The notes beneath the pieces are model-generated. The model saw only the letters and a program-made list of their open reading frames with translations. It was not told the origin of the DNA and made no database searches. Source: Dehalococcoidia bacterium (GTDB lineage Bacteria; Chloroflexota; Dehalococcoidia; Lucifugimonadales; Lucifugimonadaceae). From it: a DNA stretch of 64,000 nucleotides. Location: contig PBVQ01000018.1 in the NCBI GenBank assembly GCA_002728715.1, forward strand, positions 10,015 to 74,014, in the 5' to 3' direction. How positions within the stretch are numbered: the stretch's first letter is position 1; each line of letters opens with the position of its first letter. The translations under genes were made by a program, and so were the position numbers. Of this stretch, positions 48,437 to 57,363 are shown piece after piece.

Positions 48437-49624
48437 TTGGAAGACTTAATATTAGGAATAGAGACTGTTTTTGATAATCCGCGACTCATAATTATGTGGA
48501 TCATATCATTTTCTCTTTTATATTTTGGAATATTTAAGAAGAAAGAGCCTCTATTATTAATACCTATTTCTATGGGGCTATTTTTTGCCAATCTTCCATT
48601 GTCTGAGTTTGTTAGATTAGAAAAAGAAGGACATACAGCAGGACTACTAATAACCTTTCAAAAAATTGGAATGGAATCCGATATTTTCCCACTTTTGATA
48701 TTTTTAGGAGTTGGTGCTTCTACTGATTTTGGTCCTATGTTACGTAATCCAAAAACTTTGTTACTAGGAGCCGGAGCACAGATGGGTGTATTTATTTCTT
48801 TATTAGGCGCTTTATTTTTAGGATATTTTAAGATTTTTGATTTTGGCTTATTGGAAGCATCTTCTATAGGAATTATAGGAGGAGCAGACGGACCTACCAC
48901 AATATTTATTTCTACAAGAATGAGAGAACTTGGAGAATCATTGTCTGGCGTTGAGGTTATGGATATTGTTGGAGCTACAGCAATAGCTGCTTATTCATAT
49001 ATGGCATTAGTGCCAATTATTCAACCTCCTTTGATAAAGCTTTTTACTACCAAAAAAGAGAGAAGAATAAAAATGAATCAGGTAGTTCAAGATACTCCGT
49101 ATTATGTTAAGATTATATTTCCAATATTAAGTATATTGATAATAAGTATTTTAGTTCCTTCCGCATCAACATTAATAGGCATGCTTATGTTAGGAAACTT
49201 AATAAAAGTTAGTGGTGTGGTTCCTAGGCTTGCTGATGTGTCTGAAAATTCTTTGATGAACGTAACAATCATTTTTCTGGGTTTAGCGGTAGGTTCTACT
49301 ATGCCTGCAGAAGTTTTCCTTAGGTGGGAAACTATAGGTATATTTATCCTTGGACTCGTTTCATTTATATTTGCTACAATTTCTGGTATTATTTTAGCCA
49401 AAATCATGAATATTTTTAGTAAAGAAAAAGTAAATCCTATGATTGGTGCTGCAGGTGTTTCTGCTGTTCCAATGGCTGCGAGAGTAGTACAAGAAATGGG
49501 GTTGAAAGAAGACCCTGAAAATCATTTACTTATGCATGCTATGGGCCCGAATTTAGCAGGTGTAATAGGTACTGCTACTGTAGCAGGAGTTTTGTTAACA
49601 TTAGTTCCAAAGATTGTGAGTTGA
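48437..49624 (+). CDS. oadB: Na+-translocating decarboxylase beta subunit (OadB/MmdB/GcdB family)
   Basis: KKEPLLLIPISMGLFFANLP, IGIIGGADGPT, MIGAAGVSAVPMAARV and AMGPNLAGVIG are family-typical. Confidence 0.9.
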   Translation: MEDLILGIETVFDNPRLIIMWIISFSLLYFGIFKKKEPLLLIPISMGLFFANLPLSEFVRLEKEGHTAGLLITFQKIGMESDIFPLLIFLGVGASTDFGPMLRNPKTLLLGAGAQMGVFISLLGALFLGYFKIFDFGLLEASSIGIIGGADGPTTIFISTRMRELGESLSGVEVMDIVGATAIAAYSYMALVPIIQPPLIKLFTTKKERRIKMNQVVQDTPYYVKIIFPILSILIISILVPSASTLIGMLMLGNLIKVSGVVPRLADVSENSLMNVTIIFLGLAVGSTMPAEVFLRWETIGIFILGLVSFIFATISGIILAKIMNIFSKEKVNPMIGAAGVSAVPMAARVVQEMGLKEDPENHLLMHAMGPNLAGVIGTATVAGVLLTLVPKIVS

Positions 49625-50526
49625 GAATTTTGAAAAAACAAATTATAGATGGAATAATACCAATTATATCTACCCCGATTAATAGTAAAGGAAATATCGT
49701 ATTCGAAGACTTAGAGCGTCAAGTTGAATGGTTGATCTCTTCAGGTGTAAATGGTGTCGGAATAGCTGTAGCATCAGAGATATTTAAATTTAATGAGAAA
49801 GAAAAAGACTCTATTTTAAAAAATGTAGTCAAAACTAATAATGGAAGAGTTACAGTTGTTATGAATACCGGTGGAGAAAGTACGGACTTAACTATATACA
49901 ACTCTGAAAAAGCTAAAGATTTAGGTGCTAATTCATTAATGATAAGGCCTACCTCATTTTGGTCTTATCCCTATTCAGAGCACTTTAATTATTTTATTGA
50001 TATTGCTAATGCTGTAGATTTACCTATTTTTTTACAGGATCAACCAACTGCTCCAGTAACACCTAAAATGGCTGTTGAACTAGCTAATAAACACGACAAT
50101 TTAGCCTATGTAAAAGTAGAAACTCCTCCCACAATGCCAAGAGTTCATGAGACAAAATTGCTCGATAAAAAAAATAAAGTAACTATATTTGGGGGAGCAG
50201 GAGGAGCATTTGCAATTGAAGAATTTTCCAGAGGATCTGTAGGTACAATGCCGCATCCTATTTTACCTGAAATGTTTGTAAAAATTTGGAAAGAATATAA
50301 ATTAGGTAAAATTGAATCTGCAAAAATTGAACACCAAAAATATTCAGAACTAACAAAAATTTTATCTCAGGCTCTTGGTCTGGCTCCGTGGCTATATAAA
50401 TATATTTTAGTAAGGCGCGGAATTTTTACAAAAGGTTCCGATTATGCAAAATTACCCTCATTAAGACCAGACAAAGAACAATACATAGAGGTTGATGGAA
50501 TACTTGATAGATTAGGACTACTATAA
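49621..50526 (+). CDS. DapA / N-acetylneuraminate-lyase-family class I aldolase-like protein
   Basis: GIIPIISTPIN..G.I, SGVNGVG and the YVKVE (putative Schiff-base Lys) region. Overlaps the oadB stop by 4 nt. Confidence 0.7.
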   Translation: MRILKKQIIDGIIPIISTPINSKGNIVFEDLERQVEWLISSGVNGVGIAVASEIFKFNEKEKDSILKNVVKTNNGRVTVVMNTGGESTDLTIYNSEKAKDLGANSLMIRPTSFWSYPYSEHFNYFIDIANAVDLPIFLQDQPTAPVTPKMAVELANKHDNLAYVKVETPPTMPRVHETKLLDKKNKVTIFGGAGGAFAIEEFSRGSVGTMPHPILPEMFVKIWKEYKLGKIESAKIEHQKYSELTKILSQALGLAPWLYKYILVRRGIFTKGSDYAKLPSLRPDKEQYIEVDGILDRLGLL

Positions 50527-51338
50527 TGGATAATTTTTTTCAAACAGATTTTTCATTTGTAGTTCTTTTATCACTATTGTTATTATCTCTTATTATTGGA
50601 ATTGTTGGAGGAATAGTAGGAATCCCTTTAGGAATAATAAGAGTTCCAATAATGAATTTTTTTGGAGTAGATTTTTTTGTAGCTGCTAGTACAAATTTAT
50701 TTGCTAGTTGTTTAGGATCAATATCTGGCGTTATTCCTGCAATAAAACAAAAAAGGGTAATTTACCGAATTGTAATATTTATTGGTGTCCCTTCTATGAT
50801 TGGCTCCTTTATTGGAGGTTTTTTTGCAGATTCAGTTTCAGTAAGATTTGTTCTTCTTTTAGTCGCTGGTATGTTAATTTCTTCTTCATTTTTTTTGATT
50901 AAAAAAGCCATATCAGAAATAAAGAATTTATCTACAAATATAAAAGATCTCAATGAAGGTCAATTATCTTTTTTAAGGATGTCTAGTGAAGTCTCGACAG
51001 GATTCATTATAGGTGTGATTGGAGGAATAATTGGTGTAGCGTTAGGAGTTCTAAGAGTACCTTTGATGATACAGGTATTAAAAGTTAGACCAACCCTAGC
51101 AGCGGGAACAAATCTAGGATTATCAATTTTGATAACTTCATCTGGATTTATGGGGCATTTATTGAGCGGCAAGGTTGATTGGTTTTTAGTTGCTTTGGTT
51201 ACTACTCCATCAATTTTTGGAATGTATTATGGTTCAAAAATAGGTGGTAAATTTCATCAAGGCAAATTACGACTCACCATAGGCTTAGTTTTACTTTTTA
51301 TAACGCCTTTAGTTATTTACAATGCTCTAAACCAGTAA
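50526..51338 (+). CDS. TauE/SafE (TSUP) family anion exporter
   Basis: Internal duplication GIPLGIIRVPIM / GVALGVLRVPLM, each followed by TM helices. TAATG overlap with the upstream gene. Confidence 0.8.
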   Translation: MDNFFQTDFSFVVLLSLLLLSLIIGIVGGIVGIPLGIIRVPIMNFFGVDFFVAASTNLFASCLGSISGVIPAIKQKRVIYRIVIFIGVPSMIGSFIGGFFADSVSVRFVLLLVAGMLISSSFFLIKKAISEIKNLSTNIKDLNEGQLSFLRMSSEVSTGFIIGVIGGIIGVALGVLRVPLMIQVLKVRPTLAAGTNLGLSILITSSGFMGHLLSGKVDWFLVALVTTPSIFGMYYGSKIGGKFHQGKLRLTIGLVLLFITPLVIYNALNQ

Positions 51339-51341
51339 TTA

Positions 51342-51375
51342 TTATTATCATGGATATTTTGACCCATGATAATAA
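51342..51375. terminator. bidirectional hairpin between convergent tauE-like and sodN genes
   Basis: Perfect 12-bp inverted repeat TTATTATCATGG / CCATGATAATAA with a 10-nt loop, flanked by A/T runs on both sides. Confidence 0.6.
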
Positions 51376-51382
51376 ATCTTAA

Positions 51383-51823
51383 CTACTTTTTGGTTTCCCA
51401 AAAGATATTACCTATTTCTTCTAAAGCAGATTTAAATTCTTTTGCTTTATCTAAATCAACATTAACTTTTACGTAGGATCCAAGCTTGCAGGCATTCCAT
51501 ACTTTTTCATGCAAGTCTGGATATTTTTCAAGGTGCTCTGGCTTAAAGTAATCAGTCCAAATAACTAGAATGTCATTTTTAGCTTTTGTTGCATGCTCTT
51601 CTTTAGCTGCAACATATCTCATCATCGAGTTAGCTAAACTTGGAGATGGACCTCCTGAAACATCCAATTCTTCCATTAGTTCAGTCATTCTTACTACGGT
51701 TTGTGCTGCTTGTATTGCATCCCGCGGATCATATATTCCACATGGTATATCGCAATGAGCATATGCATCTCCGTCATATAATGGATTTAATTTATCTAAA
51801 GATTTAATTATTTTATTTATCAT
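51383..51823 (-). CDS. sodN: nickel superoxide dismutase precursor
   Basis: The Ni-hook HCDIPCGIYDP follows a ~22-aa pro-peptide. Four-helix-bundle-sized protein. Confidence 0.9.
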   Translation of the reverse strand: MINKIIKSLDKLNPLYDGDAYAHCDIPCGIYDPRDAIQAAQTVVRMTELMEELDVSGGPSPSLANSMMRYVAAKEEHATKAKNDILVIWTDYFKPEHLEKYPDLHEKVWNACKLGSYVKVNVDLDKAKEFKSALEEIGNIFWETKK

Positions 51824-51900
51824 TTATTTCCTCATTCAATAACAAGATATTTATTGTTAATTGTTTGTATTATAAGATAGTCTATTAAATTAAATTAAAA

Positions 51901-52356
51901 ATGTATAGAAAAACATATAAAATTTTTGAGAATTTATTACTAATTGTAATTAATTTTTTCCCTCAAATTACCAAATATCGTTACATAAGAGTAAATGGCC
52001 CTAGTATGGAACCTACTTTAAAAAATAACTCTATTTTATTTATGAAAAGATTTAATTTGAGCACAGATAAACTTAAAAGATTCTCAATTATAAGGTATAA
52101 AGATTCTGTCAATAAATTTTATATAAAAAGAATTATAGGTCTACCTTTGGAAAAAATAGAAATTATCGATAGTAAACTTTTTATTGATAGCGAATATCAA
52201 GAAACAGATATATTAGAAAAAAATAAAAATTACAGTTGGATGTTGAAAAAAAATCAAATAATACTCTTTGGAGATAATTATCTAAATTCAGGCTTTGATT
52301 CTAGAAAACTAGGTCCAATTAATCTAAGCGATATTCAGATAACGCATATTAGATAA
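51901..52356 (+). CDS. sodX: S26-family peptidase, NiSOD maturation protease SodX-like
   Basis: VNGPSMEPTL (Ser) and YIKRIIGLP (Lys) motifs, GDN..S.DSR. Divergent from sodN, as in known NiSOD loci. Confidence 0.75.
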   Translation: MYRKTYKIFENLLLIVINFFPQITKYRYIRVNGPSMEPTLKNNSILFMKRFNLSTDKLKRFSIIRYKDSVNKFYIKRIIGLPLEKIEIIDSKLFIDSEYQETDILEKNKNYSWMLKKNQIILFGDNYLNSGFDSRKLGPINLSDIQITHIR

Positions 52357-53055
52357 TTATTTAGTATTAAATTTCCCAAAATCTTTTTTATCTGACTTTG
52401 ATCCGAATAAAAATGTGTATATTATTGCTCCTGATATCCCGCCAATAATTGGAGCAGCCCAATATATCCAATGATTAGTCCATTCATTATGAATAAGGGC
52501 AGGAGCAAAAGATCTTGCTGGATTTATTGAAGCTCCAGTGAGATTTATTGCTACAAGATGAATAACTAATACGTAGAGTGATATTGCAAAAGGAGCAAGA
52601 GGATTTTTATTATTCACCACAAACATAATTACAATAACTAAAAATGCGGTAAGTATACATTCAATCAGGAACCCATCTAATGTAGAGATATTTTCTGATA
52701 ATTTATGAACGCCTAATCCATCTATATCCCACATAAAAGAGTGGATGATTAAAACTGCTAAAGATGCACCCGCTGATTGGGCAAAAATATAAATTAAGCT
52801 AATTTTCAAACTAATTTTATTACTAACAAGCATTGCTAAAGTTACTGCGGGATTAAGGTGACCTCCAGTTAAGTTACCAATCATCAATATACCTACTAAT
52901 ATACCAATAGAGTGAGCAATTGCAATTAATAGTATTGCTAATCCATCAAGATCAGAGGATAAACTCACTACTGTTCCTGCAGATCCAATACCAAGTAGTA
53001 CAAAAATGAAAGTTCCTAAAAACTCTCCCATAAATTTTGATAAAATTTTATCCAC
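52357..53055 (-). CDS. MIP-family channel (aquaporin/glycerol facilitator-like)
   Basis: Two NPA boxes (GGHLNPAVT, GASINPARS) and six TM helices. Confidence 0.9.
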   Translation of the reverse strand: MDKILSKFMGEFLGTFIFVLLGIGSAGTVVSLSSDLDGLAILLIAIAHSIGILVGILMIGNLTGGHLNPAVTLAMLVSNKISLKISLIYIFAQSAGASLAVLIIHSFMWDIDGLGVHKLSENISTLDGFLIECILTAFLVIVIMFVVNNKNPLAPFAISLYVLVIHLVAINLTGASINPARSFAPALIHNEWTNHWIYWAAPIIGGISGAIIYTFLFGSKSDKKDFGKFNTK

Positions 53056-53074
53056 AAATAACCACCTTAATATT

Positions 53075-53443
53075 TTATCCAGTTTTTTTTGATAGTATAA
53101 ACCAAATTCCCCAAATGGAAACGATTAGCACGGGTACCTTAAATAACATCCCGTATCCCGAGTATAACATAGAGATTGAAGTGAATACTATGATTGAGCA
53201 AATTGCAATTATTTTAATTTTTTTCGGAATTTTATTTGTTTCTAAGTATTTTTTTACAAACTTTCCAAATTTTCGATTATTAATTACCCAATTATACATT
53301 CTTTCATTAGATTTCATAAAAAATGATGTAGCAATAATTAGAAAAATTGTTCCTGGTAGCCCAGGCAATATATATCCAAGAATTCCTATTCCTAAAAACA
53401 AGAATCCCATAGACATAAAAAAATATTTTTTCAAATTATTCAT
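53075..53443 (-). CDS. DUF454 (YbaN-like) inner membrane protein
   Basis: GFLFLGIGILGYILPGLPGTIFLIIATSFFMKSNERMYNW is the DUF454 signature. The start at the ATG 53443 is preferred over the track start 53512, which would overlap hpnE. Confidence 0.65.
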   Translation of the reverse strand: MNNLKKYFFMSMGFLFLGIGILGYILPGLPGTIFLIIATSFFMKSNERMYNWVINNRKFGKFVKKYLETNKIPKKIKIIAICSIIVFTSISMLYSGYGMLFKVPVLIVSIWGIWFILSKKTG

Positions 53444-53495
53444 AATTAAGTTTCTAATATTAATAGTTATTTTATATAAATCTTTATAAAAATTA

Positions 53496-54836
53496 CTATA
53501 ATTTATTAGCAAAATCTTTCTTGATATCCAAAATAGTATTTTTTGCGCTAATTACTGCAGCTTCCATTGTTGATGGCCACTCAGATTCTGCCCAGTCTCC
53601 AGAAATATATAATCCTTTAATTTTTGTTCTATTTTTTGATCTTATTTTTTGTATTCCAGGTTGGCATCGAAATGTTGCATTAAGCATTTTAATAACTGAA
53701 AAATTTATCAATTTACTTTTTTTCGATTTTGGAAAAAGTTTATTTATTTCTGAAAGAAATATTTCTTTTATTATTTTTTTGGGTTTATTTTTCCATTCCC
53801 ACGCATTACTTAGTGAAATTACAATATGTTGAAAACTTGAACTAGAATTTTTAATTTTCGAATCGTTAAAGATCCACTGTATTGGACTTCCCAAAACAAC
53901 CATAAATTTTTCATCGAAAAAATAATTTTCAAACCATAAGTGTATACCGACTATTGGTGCCATATTAATTTCTTTTGATTTTTTGAAATAACTTTGATGA
54001 TTTTTTGGAATAATATCTAATATTTGATTTGGTGGCAAAGTTGATATGACTATATCAGATTTAATTTTTCTGTCGTCTTTAGTAATTACTCCTGATATTT
54101 TATCGTTTTTTACTATAATAGATTTAATTTCTTGGTTTTTAATGATTTTTGTATTTGTATTTTTAAGAAAATTTTCTGCTGAATCACCAAGAAGTTTAGT
54201 TAGCCCAACGTTAGGTATTGCAAAATTAGCATTTATGTCTGACTCTATGAAAGCTACCTGGAAAAGTCTTATTCCAATGCTTGCACTAACATTTTTAATT
54301 TCATCATTCAAAGCAGGTATCGCAAATAACTCCCAAAAACAATCGATAGTATTTTTACTTTGATTATTATTTTTTAACCAATTATAAAAATTTTCATTAT
54401 CTAATTCCTTAAGATCTTTGGGTTTCATTTTGGATATTTTATATAAGGTTTTTAGTAAACTAATTCTTTCTCGTAATTTTAGGTGTTTATATTCCAAAAT
54501 AGAAAAAACTTTACCTAGTATATTGATAGGGAAGTTGTGGGATCGTAGATTAACTAATTTATTTTTATTAAGTACCGGTATTCTTAGTTTTTTTTCAAAG
54601 GAAATTTTTTCAATTGCGTTGATTTCGTACAAGAAATTTATAAATTCTTTGCATGCTCCTACAATAATATGTTGTCCATTATCAATTTCTTCTTTTGAAT
54701 TTTTATCGAAGAATGAATAAGCTCTTCCGCCTAAGAATGGCCTTTTTTCTATAAGGATATTATCTATTTTTTCTTTTGCTAGTTTACATGAAATTGCTAA
54801 TCCACTTACTCCTCCACCTATTATGATAATTTTCAT
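53496..54836 (-). CDS. hpnE: FAD-dependent amine-oxidase-fold desaturase, hydroxysqualene dehydroxylase HpnE-like
   Basis: MKIIIIGGGVSGLA dinucleotide-binding motif, ~446 aa, C-terminal LYISGDW. 4-nt overlap with the hpnD-like gene. Confidence 0.65.
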   Translation of the reverse strand: MKIIIIGGGVSGLAISCKLAKEKIDNILIEKRPFLGGRAYSFFDKNSKEEIDNGQHIIVGACKEFINFLYEINAIEKISFEKKLRIPVLNKNKLVNLRSHNFPINILGKVFSILEYKHLKLRERISLLKTLYKISKMKPKDLKELDNENFYNWLKNNNQSKNTIDCFWELFAIPALNDEIKNVSASIGIRLFQVAFIESDINANFAIPNVGLTKLLGDSAENFLKNTNTKIIKNQEIKSIIVKNDKISGVITKDDRKIKSDIVISTLPPNQILDIIPKNHQSYFKKSKEINMAPIVGIHLWFENYFFDEKFMVVLGSPIQWIFNDSKIKNSSSSFQHIVISLSNAWEWKNKPKKIIKEIFLSEINKLFPKSKKSKLINFSVIKMLNATFRCQPGIQKIRSKNRTKIKGLYISGDWAESEWPSTMEAAVISAKNTILDIKKDFANKL

Positions 54837-55720
54837 CGAAATAATCCGATATAAAAACTTTTAATTATTGAAGGAAACATTATCTTGATTTTTTGAGTTT
54901 TTGACAACCTGATTTTTTTATTTATGACATCAAAGTTATTTTTTTCTATTTCAGTAAGAATCTCAAAATAAATATTCTTCATAATCTCAGGACAAAATCT
55001 ATATTTGTTATTTATTAGTGGTAATAGTCTTTCACCTGATATAAAATAATCTCTTACTCTTTTGGCTTGAAATTCCATAAACTTTCTTACATTTTCTTTT
55101 TTTTCTCCAGATAGAATTTCATTTTCAGATGTGTTGAAATTTCTTAGTTCATCTTCAGGAAGATAAAACCTTCCCATTTTATAATCTTCCTTAATATCTC
55201 TCAATATATTGGTTAGTTGAAGTGCAATCCCTAAATCTGTTGCATACTTATGAGCTTTTAAGTCTTTTACTCCAAAAACTTCAATCATAGCTAAACCCGT
55301 AGAACTCGCAACTTTTTTACAATATTCTGTTAGTTGATAAAAATTTTTATATTTCTTTTTATTAAGATCCATGCGACATCCATCTATAACATCTTTTAAG
55401 TGTCTAAGGTTTTGTGGATGTTTTCGTAAAGTTTCTCCTAGTGCAATCCACAGTCCATTATGTTTATATTTTTTTGGCTCTATGCAATCATTTAATTTAT
55501 TCTCAATATCAAATAACTGAGATTCAATATTTTTTTTTGGTAAATTATTATTTTTGTCTACCAAATCATCTACTAGTCTACAAAAAGCATATCCTGAATA
55601 AATTGCATTTCTTTTTTCTCTAGGAAGAATTTTAAATGCATAGTAAAAATTAGATGATGCTGACTTGGTTAATTTTGCCACAAAATTATAGGAATTATTT
55701 ATTTCAGTTGTTGGATACAT
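54833..55720 (-). CDS. hpnD: squalene/phytoene synthase family protein, presqualene diphosphate synthase HpnD-like
   Basis: YAFCRLVDDLVD and NILRDIKEDYKMGRFYLP Asp-rich motifs. Second of two tandem paralogues upstream of hpnE. Confidence 0.65.
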   Translation of the reverse strand: MYPTTEINNSYNFVAKLTKSASSNFYYAFKILPREKRNAIYSGYAFCRLVDDLVDKNNNLPKKNIESQLFDIENKLNDCIEPKKYKHNGLWIALGETLRKHPQNLRHLKDVIDGCRMDLNKKKYKNFYQLTEYCKKVASSTGLAMIEVFGVKDLKAHKYATDLGIALQLTNILRDIKEDYKMGRFYLPEDELRNFNTSENEILSGEKKENVRKFMEFQAKRVRDYFISGERLLPLINNKYRFCPEIMKNIYFEILTEIEKNNFDVINKKIRLSKTQKIKIMFPSIIKSFYIGLFR

Positions 55721-56661
55721 TATTTTAAAAAATTTTTGCCTGATATAGGATTGAGACTTAATTTTATCCTAACGTAAATGGATATGAATATCTTTATTTT
55801 ATCCAACTTACTTAATGTTGGTCTTTTGGTAATGGTATCAAAATTATTTTTTTCAATTTTACCAATAATTGATAATCCCCCCATAGTAAATAAACTAACA
55901 TCTAGTACTAATTTTTTGTCAATATAATTAATAAGATTGTACCCTTCTTCGAAAAGTTTTTTCGTTCTTGTTACTTGAAATTCCATCATTTTTTTAAAAT
56001 TTTTAGAATATTTTTTCTGTTTTATTTCTTCATAATTAACACGAAATCTTTTTAAGTCACAAATAGGAATGTATAACCTATTATTTTCTATATCTCTTTT
56101 TATATCTTGAAGAAAATTGGTTATCTGTAATGCGGTGCATATTTTGTCAGAAAGAAATATATTATTTTTATTGGAACAATTTAATAATTGAAGTAAGATT
56201 CTTCCTACTGGATTGGCAGAATATTTACAATAATTCAATAAATCACTAAATGTTTGGAAATATTGTATTTTCTGATCCATTAAGTTTGCTGTTATTATTC
56301 TTTTAAACAAATATTTTTTTATCTTAAATGTTTTAATTGTATTTTCTAAAGCTATGAAATATGGGTGGGAAGACTTAGAAATGTAACATTTATCTAATTC
56401 TTTTTCCCATATTCTTAAATTTTCTATTCTGTCACCATTAGATTCATCTCCAATATCATCAGTTAATCTACAAAATGTATAAACTGAATAAAAATGTTTT
56501 CTGATATTTTTAGGAATAAATTTTGAACCTATGGTAAAATTCTCATAATTTTCTTTCATAAATTTTTTACATTCTTCAAAACATTCAGAAAGATAATTGT
56601 CATTTGAGTGATGATTATTTAATTTTACAGATGGCAGTAAGTCATTTAGTTTTGAATTCAT
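55720..56661 (-). CDS. hpnC: squalene/phytoene synthase family protein, hydroxysqualene synthase HpnC-like
   Basis: YTFCRLTDDIGDE and NFLQDIKRDIENNRLYIP. The ATG at 56661 (MNSKLN...) lies 1 nt after the upstream stop; the track start 56718 is an extension. Confidence 0.65.
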   Translation of the reverse strand: MNSKLNDLLPSVKLNNHHSNDNYLSECFEECKKFMKENYENFTIGSKFIPKNIRKHFYSVYTFCRLTDDIGDESNGDRIENLRIWEKELDKCYISKSSHPYFIALENTIKTFKIKKYLFKRIITANLMDQKIQYFQTFSDLLNYCKYSANPVGRILLQLLNCSNKNNIFLSDKICTALQITNFLQDIKRDIENNRLYIPICDLKRFRVNYEEIKQKKYSKNFKKMMEFQVTRTKKLFEEGYNLINYIDKKLVLDVSLFTMGGLSIIGKIEKNNFDTITKRPTLSKLDKIKIFISIYVRIKLSLNPISGKNFLK

Positions 56662-56662
56662 A

Positions 56663-57361
56663 TTAATTATTTTTCTCGTATAAGCTATAAGTTTGAAAAA
56701 ACTTTGAAATATTTTCACCAGGTTCTATATTTTTTGATAATTTAAAAAGATTCAATATAGAATTTTTTTGATTGGCATTATATGTCTTATTTATAGATAA
56801 TAAAGTTATTATAGGGGTATTTATTTTTTGGAGTGTTTCAGCGATAGTAAATATATTTGAATCAATACTATTTGCTAAATAATTTTTTTGTATCCATGAT
56901 TTATATCCCAAAGCATTTATTTCATTTCTTAAAGTTACATTTTTATTTATATATAGATCAATAGCTGCAATCTCAGCAAACATTTTTAATTTTGATATGA
57001 TGGATTTATTAATTTTTATTGATGGAAGTTTTTTTCTTGAGTCCCAAGTAGTAGGATCGCCAATAAGTAAAGATAGTTCTGAAGGGATTACTATGTCTCC
57101 AATTTTATAAAAACTATTAATTGATGAGCAAAAACCAGTTAAAAATATTTTTGTTGGATTATATTTATCTATTAAATATAAAATATTATCATAGAAGTCG
57201 CTTAAGTTTTTAATAATAATTATTTTCATATTATTAAGATTGTTTGAAATGTACTCTTCATAGTTATCGTCTGAATAGTACTCAATGAATTTATTTTTAT
57301 TAATTAAGTTTTTGGTAGATATTTTATTTGTAGTTATAATTAAATTCATATTTGATCTCAA
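56663..57361 (-). CDS. divergent nucleoside phosphorylase/nucleosidase-fold protein (weak HpnG-like resemblance)
   Basis: Weak pattern only: IFLTGFCSSINSFYKIGDIVIPSE and ANSIDSNIFTIAE resemble PNP_UDP_1 blocks with non-canonical residues. Genomic context lies between the prenyl synthase and hpnC. Confidence 0.3.
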   Translation of the reverse strand: MRSNMNLIITTNKISTKNLINKNKFIEYYSDDNYEEYISNNLNNMKIIIIKNLSDFYDNILYLIDKYNPTKIFLTGFCSSINSFYKIGDIVIPSELSLLIGDPTTWDSRKKLPSIKINKSIISKLKMFAEIAAIDLYINKNVTLRNEINALGYKSWIQKNYLANSIDSNIFTIAETLQKINTPIITLLSINKTYNANQKNSILNLFKLSKNIEPGENISKFFQTYSLYEKNN

Positions 57362-57363
57362 TT

